A stretch of DNA of 64,000 nucleotides from Octopus vulgaris (taxonomy: Eukaryota): contig OX597819.1 of the NCBI GenBank assembly GCA_951406725.2, forward strand, positions 79,298,001-79,362,000. Reading direction: 5' to 3'. The stretch's first letter is position 1. Each line of letters opens with the position of its first letter. Below are positions 40,916 through 54,615 of the stretch, one piece after another. The notes under the pieces were generated by a model, which saw only the letters and a list, made by a program, of their open reading frames with translations, was not told the origin of the DNA and did not search any database. Position numbers and translations under genes: made by a program.

Positions 40916-40933
40916 TATATATATATAGTACTG

Positions 40934-40977
<44 letters not shown>

Positions 40978-41216
40978 ATATAAATAATATATAATATATA
41001 TGCATATATACATACATATATGTACATAATTACATATACATGTATATATACATGCACATATGGGAACAGGACATAAAAAAACGTTGAACACAATGAGAAA
41101 CAAAAACGTAAGAACAGAAACTTAGATACAATGAAAAAAAACAAACAGAGAAACGAGACATACAACAAAAAGAATATTCCCCTTTTTCAGTTGTCCGTTT
41201 CATCTACTCCACGTTT

Positions 41217-41346
<130 letters not shown>

Positions 41347-41899
41347 GTATATAGATGTAAGATGAGGGGGAGAAATTTGATATTAATTTAATTAGCATGA
41401 ATTTCACACCAGTGGTCTAGCATATAGAAATAACTGAAGGTTCAGTAAAATTGTATTATATACATATGAGAGGGATAACTACTATGTGTACTTGCTGAAT
41501 TTTTCTTGAGAACATTTCTTAGTGGTAAGACCATAGCGGATCTACTTCTAGCGTAAGAGTGTCCACATAGTGGTTATCCCTCTCATATGTATATATATAC
41601 ATATAATAGTATGTATGTGTAAATATATATATATAAACGTATTTTATCATTTCGCATAGGCACAGCGATACTAATTACTCGTGTTATAACTCAATATACA
41701 TAAGCTTCAGAAAAATGCGTTAGTCGAGTACAGAGCATCAATAAGAAATTTGAATGACAAAGGAATAAGAAATTATGTCCTGATCTTCATTAGCTTACTG
41801 CTGTTTCCGCTATAAATACAATGTGCTCACAAGTGAATGTTTGTGTATTATCCCACAGCTTCATCGAATCTTCAAACACGAAGTACAATTTTTGTTTCT

Positions 41900-42025
<126 letters not shown>

Positions 42026-42532
42026 GATCGATCGATCGATCTATCTTTCTATCTATCTATCTATCTGTCTGTCTATTAATATTTAGCTAAATATTATTAG
42101 TAAAATACTCTTAAGACTGAAATGTTCTGCTTTGTCATAAGCAGAAATGGTTTCTGAAGAAAGCAGCATAAATCTTTTTAGGTTGTTCAACTTTTCTCTA
42201 CTGATCAATAGACCTATTGAGAAACCTATCAGTAACGAACCTATAATGATTACCCGAAACAGCTGTAAGCCAAATTTACTCCAATGAAAGAAAAAATATG
42301 TAATGACCATTATATATACATTGTCTTTTATATCACTCTGGGTAAAAATCAGTTTGACTGGAGCTCAACCACGAATTTACAATAAAGAATGATGATGAAT
42401 TATAACCTCGGTTCTTACCATAGAAATACTTGGAATTCTTTAGTAATCTGAACAATATTGTTCAACTGGTGTGCAAAGAGAGAGATTATGAAGTATTTTG
42501 CCCGGATTGATAATCCCTTATCTATAACTATG

Positions 42533-42619
<87 letters not shown>

Positions 42620-42997
42620 CGCATATATATAAGTATGTATGTGCATGTGCACACATGCATATATATAAATGCATGTGTGCATTTATGTGAATATTGTTTT
42701 TACCTTATTTTTATGTCAGTAGGGATGTCATTGCTCATAAATCGTTACAGAGTTTCCGAGACTGGTGTGAAGGAGGGATTAAGGTATCCTTAAACCAAAG
42801 AGTGGGTGTGCGGGCGCACATGTGTAGCTATGAACAGGCGCGCTTACGCGAATACTATGAACCTTTTACCCCCTTACTTTACTTCCTCCCCTTACTTAGC
42901 GGTCATTCGAATAGCTCTTTTGTCTTGATAACGGTCAATCACACAGTAATTTCCCTTTGTATAACGGTCATTTTTCATAGCAATTTTCCGATGGCTG

Positions 42998-43058
42998 GAT
43001 AACTGAAGAGATGGCGGCGTGGATTTCTACCTCGGCATCCGAAACTCGGAGTTTTATC
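42998..43058 (+). ncRNA. Type I hammerhead ribozyme (near intact)
   Basis: GATAA-CTGAAGA-GATG..CATC-C-GAAAC-TCGGA-GTT-TTATC. Confidence 0.65.
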
Positions 43059-43087
43059 TTGGCTACCGAATAAATGTCACATATTAC

Positions 43088-43157
<70 letters not shown>

Positions 43158-43167
43158 ATATAGGAAA

Positions 43168-43312
43168 ATCAGTTAGTTGTCATAATAAAAGTCAGAGATT
43201 CGGATGTCGGGATTGAAGCTTGATCCGGCATCTCATCAGAACTGATGAGATGCCAGAGCAGACCTCAGCCCCGTCATCCGAAGATCTGAGTTTTATTATG
43301 ACAACCAAGTAA
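43168..43312. repeat. Head-to-head pair of decayed hammerhead copies forming a fold-back
   Basis: GGCATCTCATCAG-AA-CTGATGAGATGCC centre; arms extend to TTGTCATAATAAAA/TTTTATTATGACAA. Confidence 0.8.
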
Positions 43313-43651
43313 TTGTCACATATTATATTTATAGATAAATTCCTCTATTTACATAATATTGAAGTTTCATTAATTCTTTTGTTGTCATATTATTATTAAT
43401 ATATATATATATATATATACATACACACGTACACACACACACACACATACACACATACACACACACACACACACACACATATTAATGTTTGCTTTTATGA
43501 CAACTAATATAAAAACGTTCTTTTTAAACTGAAGAATTAGTGAATGCTTAATATTAAAGTACATTAAAGATTTACAAGGAGAAGAGTGACAGTGTCTTCG
43601 AAGTTGAATATGCATGTGTGTGTGAGTGTGTATATATATATGATATATATA

Positions 43652-43699
<48 letters not shown>

Positions 43700-43904
43700 T
43701 GTGTGTGTTTGTGTGTTTCTTTCTGCGTGTGCATGTGTGCGTGTGTATATGTGTGTGTTTGTGCAAGCACGTGCGTGCGTAGTAGTATACGGATCAGGTA
43801 ATCATCGAATCTCATTATTTTGAATTCTTTCACTATTGTCAAGTTTTGCACAATTGTGTTCATACGTATCCGTTGTATGTGTGCGAGTATATATATACAT
43901 ATAC

Positions 43905-43990
<86 letters not shown>

Positions 43991-44334
43991 GTATGCATAT
44001 ATATATATATATATATATATATTTGTATTTATTTACATGTGAGTAAATGTATGCTTGCATCTGTCTATTCATATACATACAGACGCGCGCACACACACAT
44101 ACATGTACATACACACATATTCAGTAATGTCCACCGGATATACCTGCTTATAGAATACATCCTCATTACTTATAAGAGTACAAAATCTTCGTCGTTATTA
44201 ATTCATTCATTACTAATGAGCACCGATTTGAGAATTCGTGTAAACACTGATACATACATATACACATATACAAGTCGTACATACATATACACATCTGACA
44301 CATATGTTTTATGTTTTATATCTATATCTATAAC

Positions 44335-44367
<33 letters not shown>

Positions 44368-44422
44368 ATATATATATATATTAATATATATATAAATATA
44401 CATACATACATATATATATATA

Positions 44423-44457
<35 letters not shown>

Positions 44458-44538
44458 GCACACATTCATATTAAATATGTATCCTATATACATGCGCAAA
44501 TATGTGAGCTAGATATATAATGTATAAGTATGCCTAAT

Positions 44539-44575
<37 letters not shown>

Positions 44576-45083
44576 TACACAAACACAAACATAAACACAG
44601 ACACACATACGTATGTATGCATACAAATATTATATGTATGTATATATTGTAAGTATAATTTGTGTTTATATAAGAAGCACAATTAAATTTTCTCTCTCAC
44701 GCACACATATACACACAGGACACACACACAGAGAAATGCACACATACAAGCAATCAAACATCCACATAGTATCCTATATTTATGTTTATATATAAATATA
44801 CGCTTGCATCGGAATGTATGTATATAACATAATATATGTCTTGTAGAAATCCATATCCATGTGGGATTAATTTTTTAATTAAGTGTTTGTCACGATTAAG
44901 GATGCGTTCTATCGCTCTACGTGGTAATTACCTCCCTTGATACCATTATCGTCTCTGCACAAGTTATCATCATTATCATTGATCATTTTCTATAGCCGGT
45001 AGTAATTATGGTAATTATAGTACTTGTAGTATGTTGTTGTTGTCGTTGTTGTTGTTGTTGTCGTTGTTGTTGTTGTTATTATG

Positions 45084-45640
45084 ACGGCGGACTAGCAGAA
45101 TCGCTACTGTGCCAGTCAAAATGGTTAGCGGCATTTCTTCCGGCTCTTAACATTCTAAGTTCAAATTTTCACCAAGATCGACTTTACCTTTCATCCTTTC
45201 GGGGCTGATAAAAATAAATACCAATCAAGCACTGCGGTTGATGTAATAATCGACTAGCTCCTTCCCTCGCAATTTAAGGCTTTGTGCCTATATTAGAAAC
45301 GTGCCTATATTAGAAATGTGAGCTGCCAGAATCACTAGCGTGCCGGGCAAAATGCTTAGCGGCATTTCGTCCGTGTTTACTCTCTGGGTTCAAATTCCGC
45401 CGCGGTCGAATTTACCTTTCACCCTTTTGGGTTTGGGAAAATAAGTACTAGTTGAATACTGAGGTAGATGTTTTAGGCTTGACCCATGCGCCAATTTGTT
45501 GGGCCTTTTGCTAAAATTTGAAATCGATTTTATTAAGGCGGCGAACTGACAAATACGTTTACGTTACCGCGTCGGGCAAAATGTTTTGCGGCATTTCTGC
45601 CGACTCTTTACGTTCTGTGTTGAAATCTCGCCGTGATAAC
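45084..45640 (+). mobile_element. Three tandem SINE family B copies
   Basis: Heads at about 45084, 45320 and 45537. Confidence 0.75.
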
Positions 45641-46519
45641 CCTTCCTTTGAAAAAAAAAAAAGAAAGACCCTTGAAGGTTGCTATAGGAATAAAAAGAAT
45701 CCGAAAGAAAAATTGGGTTGGGATGAAGTTGCAGACTCTGATTCAGGTGAAACCTGAGATACTGGACAAAAACTCCGAATTAATTGAATCCCGGGAGAGC
45801 AGTTATTGCAGGTGGTTGTGGAGAGTAGAATACATCGGTGCTAAAATAGTGTAAACACTACTAATAATCCCAAAACTTTCTGACTCCAATAACAGAATCT
45901 TATAGCTGAGAGAAGGCCTCCAATACTGCCAAAGCTACAACTTCGGCATTAACGACGACATTTGCAATCACAGCAGACAAGCAAAGAAACTACCAGAAAA
46001 GAGCATGTTACCGTATCACTAATGAGTGCAGCAGCAGCTACATGACTGAAAACAGCACCTACTGCAAAAACCGCAAGAAGAACACCAAGAGATTAAACAA
46101 AGGTAAAAATAAAGGAAGATATAAATAAAACGCTGACCTCAAGAGCCACTACATCAACGACAACAACAATAGCTGAAAGCCTCTTAACAAAAAAGCAAAA
46201 TACTTCTAAGATATGCCCCACTTCGCTTAAAAGTGGTCCCATGCGAGGAGGGTCACTCCTAAGACAGAAGGAGTATTACCAAGAGAGGAGATGCAATCCC
46301 AAGCGAAGGTGACAAGAAATGAAACAGATGGCAACCAGTAACAAACAATAAAATAAAAAAGAAGCAAAGAGAAAACATCACCCCAACAAAATTGTTAAGA
46401 TGTACAAACGAGTGGAAGAAATACCTCCTAGTAAAGACACATGACCACTTCTCCAGCAACAATGCCAATTCTACCGACACGTGTGTCTTTTTGAATATAC
46501 ATGCGTGGCAGGTGCATAC

Positions 46520-46673
46520 CTTGCTGCGTGGTAAGAAGCTTGTTTCCTAACCACATGGTTTCGGGTTCAATCCCACTGCATGTCACCTAGGGTAGGTAAC
46601 TTCTACTATAACCTCGGGCTGACCAAAGCCTTTGTGAGTGGATTTAGTAGACGGAAACTGAAAGAAGCCCTTC

Positions 46674-46731
<58 letters not shown>

Positions 46732-46938
46732 GGGAGTATATCCAAACTTACAGGGAAAAATTAGATTAAAAAGTAAAAAATATTAAAATTTAAAAATTTA
46801 AAAAGTTAAATTTTAAATTTTATATTTTATATATATATTATATATTGTATTAATTATATTTATATTTTTTTGTTATTTATGTATTGGTTTATGTCTATCA
46901 CTGTTTGAGTTGCCTAATAGTGGTTTTATCTCTAATTC

Positions 46939-47015
<77 letters not shown>

Positions 47016-47217
47016 AGGGTAAAAAATTGATATTAGTTAGATTAATATCAATTTAAACCAGTGGCCTAGCATATTGAAAAAAATCTGAAGATTCAGAAAA
47101 TTATATTACATACAGATAAGAGGAATGACCACTAGGTGGACTTCTAATATGCTAAATGTTGACCCCATATGGCCAGACCATATGACGTCTACATTTAGCA
47201 TATTAAGAGTCCACCTA

Positions 47218-47270
<53 letters not shown>

Positions 47271-47500
47271 ATGTGTGCGTGTTTTTGCGTCTGTGTTTCC
47301 CCCCACCCATCGCTTGCCATCCTATGCTGGTGTATTTACGTACGCGTAATCTAGCGGTTCGGCATAAGAGAACGATAGAATAAGTACTAGACTTACAAAG
47401 AATTATTCCTGAGATAGATGTCTTCGACTAAAAACCCTTAAAGGCGGTGGTCCAGCATGGCTGCAGTCAAATTACTGAAACGAGTAAAAGAATAAAAGAA
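46520..47500 (+). mobile_element. SINE family A split by about 590 bp inserted in its internal microsatellite
   Basis: Head/core 46520-46675, tail 47270-47500. Confidence 0.75.
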
Positions 47501-47889
47501 TACCTCTCGCTGGATTTCTTTCTCAATGCATCAACTCATTACTGTCAGTTTCCAAAACATTCATTAATTATTAATTAATGTCTCTGTTCACTGTACTAGG
47601 CTTTATTAAGTTCATTCAGAGGCATCTTGGGTAATTGTCTTTATCTACACCTTCGATTCGACCCAAGGTTTGAGAATGATATTAGGTAGAGGGGTATTGA
47701 GTATAGCCTGTAAGATTGGTCCAACTTGTTATTTAAAGGTCCAGTCTTGTTACAAATTATGACACGCTGTTTCTACCTGAAGATTACATTAACATTACGT
47801 GTATCAGGGAAATTTCCAGCAGCTTACACGTTAATTCAATGAACAAAGGGTTCAGTTTCTCGAGCGACTAAATGATCATGGTTGGAAAT

Positions 47890-48271
47890 GGAAGCACTCC
47901 TTCGGTTACGACGATGAGGGGTTCCGGTTGATCCGAATCAACGGAACAGCCTGCTCGTGAAATTAACGTGTAAGTGGCTGAGCACTCCACAGACACGTGT
48001 ACCCTTAACGTAGTTCTCGGGGATATTCAGCGTGACACAGAGATTGACTAGGCCGGCCCCTTGAAATACAGGTACAACAGAAACAGGAAGTAAGAGTGAG
48101 AGAAAGTTGTGGTGAAAGAGTACAGCAGGGATCACCACCATCCCTGCCGGAGCCTCGTGGAGCTTTAGGTGTTTTCGCTCAATAAACACTCACAACGCCC
48201 GGTCTGGGAATCGAAACCGCGATCCTACGACCGCGAGTCCGCTGTCCTAACCGCTGGGCCATTGCGCCTCC
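47890..48271 (-). mobile_element. Young tRNA-derived SINE, head X + tail 2, with 10-bp TSD
   Basis: TSD GGTTGGAAAT at 47880-47889 and 48272-48281; A and B boxes intact. Confidence 0.92.
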
Positions 48272-48299
48272 GGTTGGAAATACTGACTGAGATTAATCT

Positions 48300-48640
48300 G
48301 TTTTATTTTATTTGTATTTTATAAAAAAAAAACAAGTCGCAAACAAGGTGAGAAGCCACTTAGTGTAAGGTACTATGAGGAAAGAGAAATTAAAACGAAA
48401 GGAATTAATTTATTTTAGACTTGAAAGAGCTCAGGCCATAAGGTGGAAGAAAACAATGAGATGGAAGAGAGTTCCAAAGTCTGGTAGTTCGAGAAAAAAA
48501 AAAAAACTACGACTGTAGAAAGACTTCCTTATTTGTGGAAGCGAACAGTCTTTGGATATCCATGCTGCGAGTTTCGAGTGAAGCGAAATAGCACAAAGCA
48601 ATCTGGAACTAAGAAAATCCATCATGAGCACTTCCTGTGC
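48300..48640 (-). mobile_element. Jockey/CR1-group LINE 3' end
   Basis: SLPQIRKSFYSRSFF..SRTTRLWNSLP..FKSKIN followed by an A-rich tail. Confidence 0.6.
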
Positions 48641-48649
48641 CAATAACGC

Positions 48650-49530
48650 TAGTAGTAGTAGTAGTAGTAGCAGTAGTAGTAGTGATTGTGGTGGCAGCTG
48701 TGGTAGTGGCGGTGGTGGTGGAGGCGGGCGGTGGCGGTGGTGGTGGTGGTGGAGACGGTAGCGACGATGGTGGTGGAGGTAAACGTACTTGTTGCAGTAG
48801 TGGTAGTAATAGTAGCAGTAGTAGGTAGTGGTGGTGGTAGTGGTACCAGCAACAGCAGCAGCAGCAGCAGCAATATCAGCAATATTAGCAGCAACTATGT
48901 TATGTTGCACAATTGCAATAAAATGCGTTGGTTGCACAACAACCTGCAAATATATGCTGCAGTCATTGAATCTTGTTTGCAATGATATTAATTATTATTT
49001 TGTTGTTGTTGTTATCGTTATTGCCGCTGTTGTTGTTGTTTTGGTTTTTTTCTTTTTTCATTTATTGTTTAGCGTTTGAAATTGATAAATTTGTTTCTTC
49101 TTCTTCTTCTTCTTTTGTTTTTTTTTTCTCTTTTCCTCTCCTTTTTCTTCCCCATTTTACTTTACTTTCGCTGACATTGTCGTCGTCATCGCCAACGTAA
49201 TTTCTGTTGCTGTTGTTGCTGTTGTTGCTGTTGTTGTTGTTACTTCTGCTCCTTTTTGTTGTTGTTGTTGTTGACAATTTTCCATTGATTGATCTAATAT
49301 ATCATTCGACAAAGACTGACATGGAAAGGTTGTTGGGCGATAGATTTGACATTGTTGCTGTTTGTGTTGCTGGCAACGCTGTTATTGTTGCTGTTGTTGT
49401 TGTTGTTTGTGGTGGTGGTGGTGGTGGCGGTGGTGGTATTTGCGGTTGTGACGGTATTTGTTGCGACAACTTCGTTGCTATTGTTGTTGCTGGTGTGTTT
49501 GTATTGGTGGTGTTGGTGTTATTGTTACTG
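48650..49530. repeat. Compound trinucleotide low-complexity tract (GTA/GGT/GCA/GTT)
   Basis: Direct reading. Confidence 0.9.
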
Positions 49531-49536
49531 TTAATG

Positions 49537-49863
49537 ATGATATTAGCGGTTGGGAGGCAGTTGCCGGCAACCATGGAGAATGGCGACGTACCGTAAAAGA
49601 GGGAATACAAAGGAGTGACAGAGAGAGAGAGGAGAGATGGAAAGAAAAAAGAGACGTCAACAAGAGACTATGGCATTACAACCAGCCAGGAACAGTCTTC
49701 GCTACATTTGCGGTACCTGCCAGAGGGAGTGTTTGTCCAGGATAGGACTACACAGCCACAGCAGGAAATGTATCAGGACATGAAATGTAAAAGCCGGACT
49801 AGACTACTTTATGCGCAACTCCATTGTCTCCCGAGACAGAAAGGATGCCAACAACAACAACAA
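49537..49863 (+). mobile_element. RTE-clade LINE 3' end
   Basis: WEAVAGNHGEWRRTVKEG, YICGTCQRECLSRIGLHSHSRKC zinc finger, TGTCTC-CC-GAGACA stem-loop, (CAA)n tail. Confidence 0.85.
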
Positions 49864-51479
49864 TGATGATGGCGCTCATGGTGAAAATGTTTGTCTTAAT
49901 AATATCAATTCTTTTGTTGTTGTTGATGTTCGTTCTGTTGTCCCAAATTAACCCTGACCGAGCAGTTGTACAGCACACAGGGAACTGTTGTTGTGTAAAC
50001 TAGGTAAATCCCGGTCGAGCAGTCTTATTGTGCGTAGGTAGTCGAGCGAACGCCCAGTTGCGACACAAAACCCCGTCTTCCTATTTACCTCATGCTTCTA
50101 CCAAGCTTATGCTCCAACATGCAGTAACGAATTGTATGAAAGCAGTGTGACAATGTGACCTCCATATTGCATACCCTATTCACTGCCCAGTTTACTCCTG
50201 TACTTTGTTGTTATTTAGCCTTAGATTAACTGCGATTAAAAAATAAAGAAAAGAAAAATAATCCAGCTGTGAATTTTTGTAGTTTCAACGGTATGTAAGA
50301 GTACATTGTTTAATGTGTTCTGTCGTTATTTAAAATGTTTCTATCGGAATTGAGTATATTTGGTTCATATTTCTTGCAGATCAAGCAACAGTATAGCTAC
50401 ACTCTCTAGATTCTGGTGTTGGCCACAGACAGAGGGGCAGGTGATTCAGTCAGAGCGTGACAGTTGCTGATCCTCAGTCCTTATTAACGGTGATGTGCAC
50501 CCATGTGCAGTGTTTGGTTCCAGTGAGGATAATGGTATTTTTTAACCTGGTCCATACTGAACGAGAGAGATAGTACCTTTAGGATGTTATCGTAGATGTG
50601 TTCTAGAATGTTGTATGAGCTTAGGTATTTTGAGGTTGAGTTTTGTCTTGGGGCATGGACCGTGGAGCTTGGGGGCTTGCTGCGGCAACAAACTGTACCA
50701 CAAGCACGTTCCGGAGGTCTTTCATTTTTTTGATTTTCTGTTTCAGAGTTGCTGATGTTTTCTGTACGAAGATTCTAATGTTATCTGACTTAATTCGCAG
50801 TGCATGTTTTTCGTTGTAGTTTATTGTGGTATGGCCAAGGTTTAGGTAAGAACTTGGATAATTCATTAAGGAAGCTAATCTGTCGTTTAAGTCCTATTGT
50901 TAATTCTTTGTGGCTGTTCTACGTATTGTTATACGATTTTTTTTTTACATTTTCTATGTATTGAATGTTAATCCTAACATTTTTGTCTTTCTGTCTTTGT
51001 CGTGTTGTTCAGTGTAATGGTTGTTAAAATATAATATTCTCCGCTGCTACTCGTAAGAAAGGAAATAGTCAATGAGGTTGTTGTGGAGCTAGATTTCTCG
51101 TGATATAAAAAAAGTTGGAATAGTCCTGCACCAGTGTCTGGAAAATGGCAGAATAACGAGTTACGACACATCATGCCATCATGCTTCTATCAAGCTAGTG
51201 AGTCTAACGTTAGTGAGTCTATCAACACAGTGAGTCTAATGTTGTTTGTATATGAGTCTGATTGCATGATTTGTTGTTGCTGTTGTCAAGAAAGGGAGTG
51301 TAGATAGAGTTAAAAAGAATGGATAAGACAACGGATGCTTGTGATACATCATGTGACAAATAGCAAGTTCTTGAACACTGCATTGCCTGCTGAAATGACT
51401 CTAATATCTGTTGTTAGATACCATTTTGTGTTGTGTTTGAAGGTGGCGTTGAGTATCATTTGTATGAGTGGATAACGGG

Positions 51480-51857
51480 GAATGAAATCTTGGCTTACTG
51501 TTCTCAACACACTAATAATTATAGGCACGACCTTTACAATTCGCATGCTCCAAATTCTTCCTATTTCGAACTTTTAGGGATTGTATATATTTTTTGTTGC
51601 TTTTCTTCCTATTTCGAACTTTTAGGGATTGTATATATTTTTTGTTGCGTTTCTTCCTCTTTTGTTTCGACTCTGGAATCAAACGGACATGATGGCTCTA
51701 TAAGTAAGCAACTTCGCTTTTCCTTATCTGCAACCTTTATGTCTGGTCTATCATTTTCTAATTTCTTTTCCGTTTGAATAGGAAAGTCCCACAAAATCTT
51801 ACATTTCTCCGACTCCAGTACTCTTTCAACGCGATGATTGTACCACGTGTTTCCAGA
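51480..51857 (-). mobile_element. R4/Dong-like LINE REL endonuclease fragment
   Basis: KILWDFPIQT, RPDIKVADK..CLLIEPSCPFD, VVPIIISVL. Confidence 0.85.
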
Positions 51858-51953
51858 TTCTTCTTCTTCTTCTTCTTCTTCTTCTTCTTCTTCTTCTTCT
51901 TCTTCTTCTTCTTCTTCTTCTTCTTCTTCTTCTTCTTCTTCTTCTTCTTCTTC
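51858..51953. repeat. (TTC)n microsatellite
   Basis: Direct reading. Confidence 0.98.
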
Positions 51954-52319
51954 TAGTTTATTTGTCAAAGTTTTTTCGTCACACATACTACGACCTCTTC
52001 AGTGGTTTCCCTGTTCCACGTATCTCCTCTTGTCCTGTCTATTCCGTTTTGTCTTTTCTATTTCCAAATATAACAAAATCTATTTCATCATACGATTTCA
52101 CATCAAGCATCTGACAATGATTTTTGCATCTCTTTGCATCGAGGGTATTATTATTTGACATGCATATTGTCACACTTAAAGTTTAGTGTCACCATTATTG
52201 TTGTTGTTGTAGTTGTTGCTCTTATTGTCTAGGCTAATGCTTCAGGTAATTGTAATAGTAAACGGGTGGTAGTGCAGTTATCGATGATTATATTGAAGTT
52301 GGAAAATAAATTGACAGTA

Positions 52320-52560
52320 CATTATTTACATTATTTACATTATTTAAATTGTTTGTTGTCAACACAACGTTTCGCCTGGTATACCCTCCAGCCTTCTTCA
52401 GGTGTCTTGGGGAAACTTCGAACCTGGAAGCTCATTCCTCAACCACTACGCCATATGCCCACGGGCATATGCCCACCGAATATGGCGTAGTGGTTAAGCA
52501 CGCGGGCTACTAATCCCGAAAAATACCTTAGGAATGAGGATCCAGGTTCGAAATTTCCTC
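52320..52560. mobile_element. Inverted Penelope 3'-region fragments with tRNA-like head and hammerhead
   Basis: Homologous to 24245-24460; AACCACTACGCCATAT/ATATGGCGTAGTGGTT inverted arms. Confidence 0.75.
52361..52406 (-). ncRNA. Minimal type I hammerhead ribozyme
   Basis: GACAC-CTGAAGA-A-GGCTGG..CCAGGC-GAAAC-GTT-GTGTT; palindromic AACGTT. Confidence 0.7.
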
Positions 52561-52790
52561 ATCTCTTAAATATAGAACTAAATTGGCGGTGTTTATAGTG
52601 ATGGCTTCATTGGCGGTGTTGAATGTGATAGTTATTATGGTAGTAGTAGTAGTAGTAGTTGTCGAATGTAAACAATTAAATAATGTATTATTATCATCTC
52701 TTAAATATATTACTAAATTGGCGGTTTTTATTGTGATGGTTTCATTGGCGGTGGATTATTATGGCGGGGTTGAATGTGATAGTTATTATG

Positions 52791-52824
<34 letters not shown>

Positions 52825-53401
52825 TGGTGGTGGTGGTGGTGATAGTGATAGTTGATTTGTTAGCGATGAAGATAATTCTTGATAATGCTAATTGTGATCG
52901 GTTGTGATGATATTGTTGATAGTGTAGACGGAAATAAATAGTGATGGTCATGATGATCATAGCTGTTGTTGTAATTGTTGTTGTTGTTGTTGTTGTTAAA
53001 AATCAGACCCGATGAGCGTTGATTAATCATACCCATGAGAGGTATTCCAACCAGATAGGGCGACCATTTTTCAGGCACAGTGTATTCAACGTGTCCTTTT
53101 ATAAATGGTAGGTTGTGGTTTGGAGGAGATTTGGTCATATTTGTTTTTGTGTCGGTCGTAGTTATGATAGCTGAGATTGTGATGACTCTTGTCCTTGTAA
53201 CATTATTAATGATGGGGGAGAAGCAGGGGTTGTAACGATGGTGGTAGTTGTGGCTATGGTATGGTAAATGGTAGACACAGCGGTGTTGGTGGTAGTAGGA
53301 CTATTCGATAGTTAAGTTTATAGTAATACGAAAATTAAAAAAAAAACTGTTGGTGATGTTGTTGTTTGTCTCGGTGAGAATGTCAATAATGCGGGTCACT
53401 T

Positions 53402-53518
53402 ATGATGATGATGAGGAGAAGAAGGTGGAGAAAGAAGAGGAGATTATAACGATGATGATGATGAGATGACGACGACGTCGAAGATGATGACGACGACTGT
53501 GATGATGATGAAGATGAA

Positions 53519-53572
<54 letters not shown>

Positions 53573-53642
53573 AATGATGATGATAATGTTGATGATGAAG
53601 ATGATGATGATGATGATGTTGATGATGACGACAGCGATGATA

Positions 53643-53726
<84 letters not shown>

Positions 53727-53789
53727 GTGATGACGACGACGACGACGATGATGATGATGATGATGAATGTGATGATGATGATGGCGTTA

Positions 53790-53878
<89 letters not shown>

Positions 53879-54100
53879 AATGACTTTGACGACTACGCCG
53901 ATAACGCGGATCATAATAATGATGGTGTTGGCTACGACGATGTTACAGTTACCGCCACAGCAGACGAAGGTGAGGAAAACGATGCAGATGAGGATGATGA
54001 CAATGACGACGACGACGATGATGATGAAGATGACGACGAAGACGAAGATGATGACGATGGCGATGATGACGATGCTGATGACGATAATGATGATGATGAC

Positions 54101-54142
<42 letters not shown>

Positions 54143-54615
54143 AATGATGATGATGATAACGACGACGACGACGACGAAAATGATGATGATGAAGAGAATG
54201 ACGACGACTATTATTATGATGATGATCATGAAAACGGAAATAAGAGTAAGAGGAAGAAGAATAAAAGAAAGAAGACGGGGAGGTTAATGATGATTATGAT
54301 GAAGGGGAAATAAAAAGGATATAAACAACAAGAAAAAAAAAGAACACTGATATTACATTGTTGTCATTGCTGTTCTTGTGGCAAGGAAATTATTATGATA
54401 AATATTAATGAATAACATTAATATTAATATTGTTGGTGATAATAATGATGATGATGACGATGATGATGATGATGATGATGATGATGGTGATGATGATGGT
54501 GGTGATGATGATGATGGTGATGATGATGGTGATGATGATGGTGATGGTGATGATGATGATGGTGATGATGATGGTGATGATGATGATGATGGTGATGATG
54601 ATGTTCATGATGATA
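53402..54615. repeat. Long compound (GAT/GAC)n microsatellite
   Basis: Direct reading. Confidence 0.95.

Noticed and set aside
45840-46480. Coding-like A-rich stretch (also 50400-50900 minus)
   Set aside because: Multiple stops and no motif I can identify; probably decayed retroelement 5' ORF pieces but not supportable
53444-54287. 273-aa poly-Met and 261-aa poly-Ile ORFs
   Set aside because: (GAT)n microsatellite; no unique coding sequence or splice context
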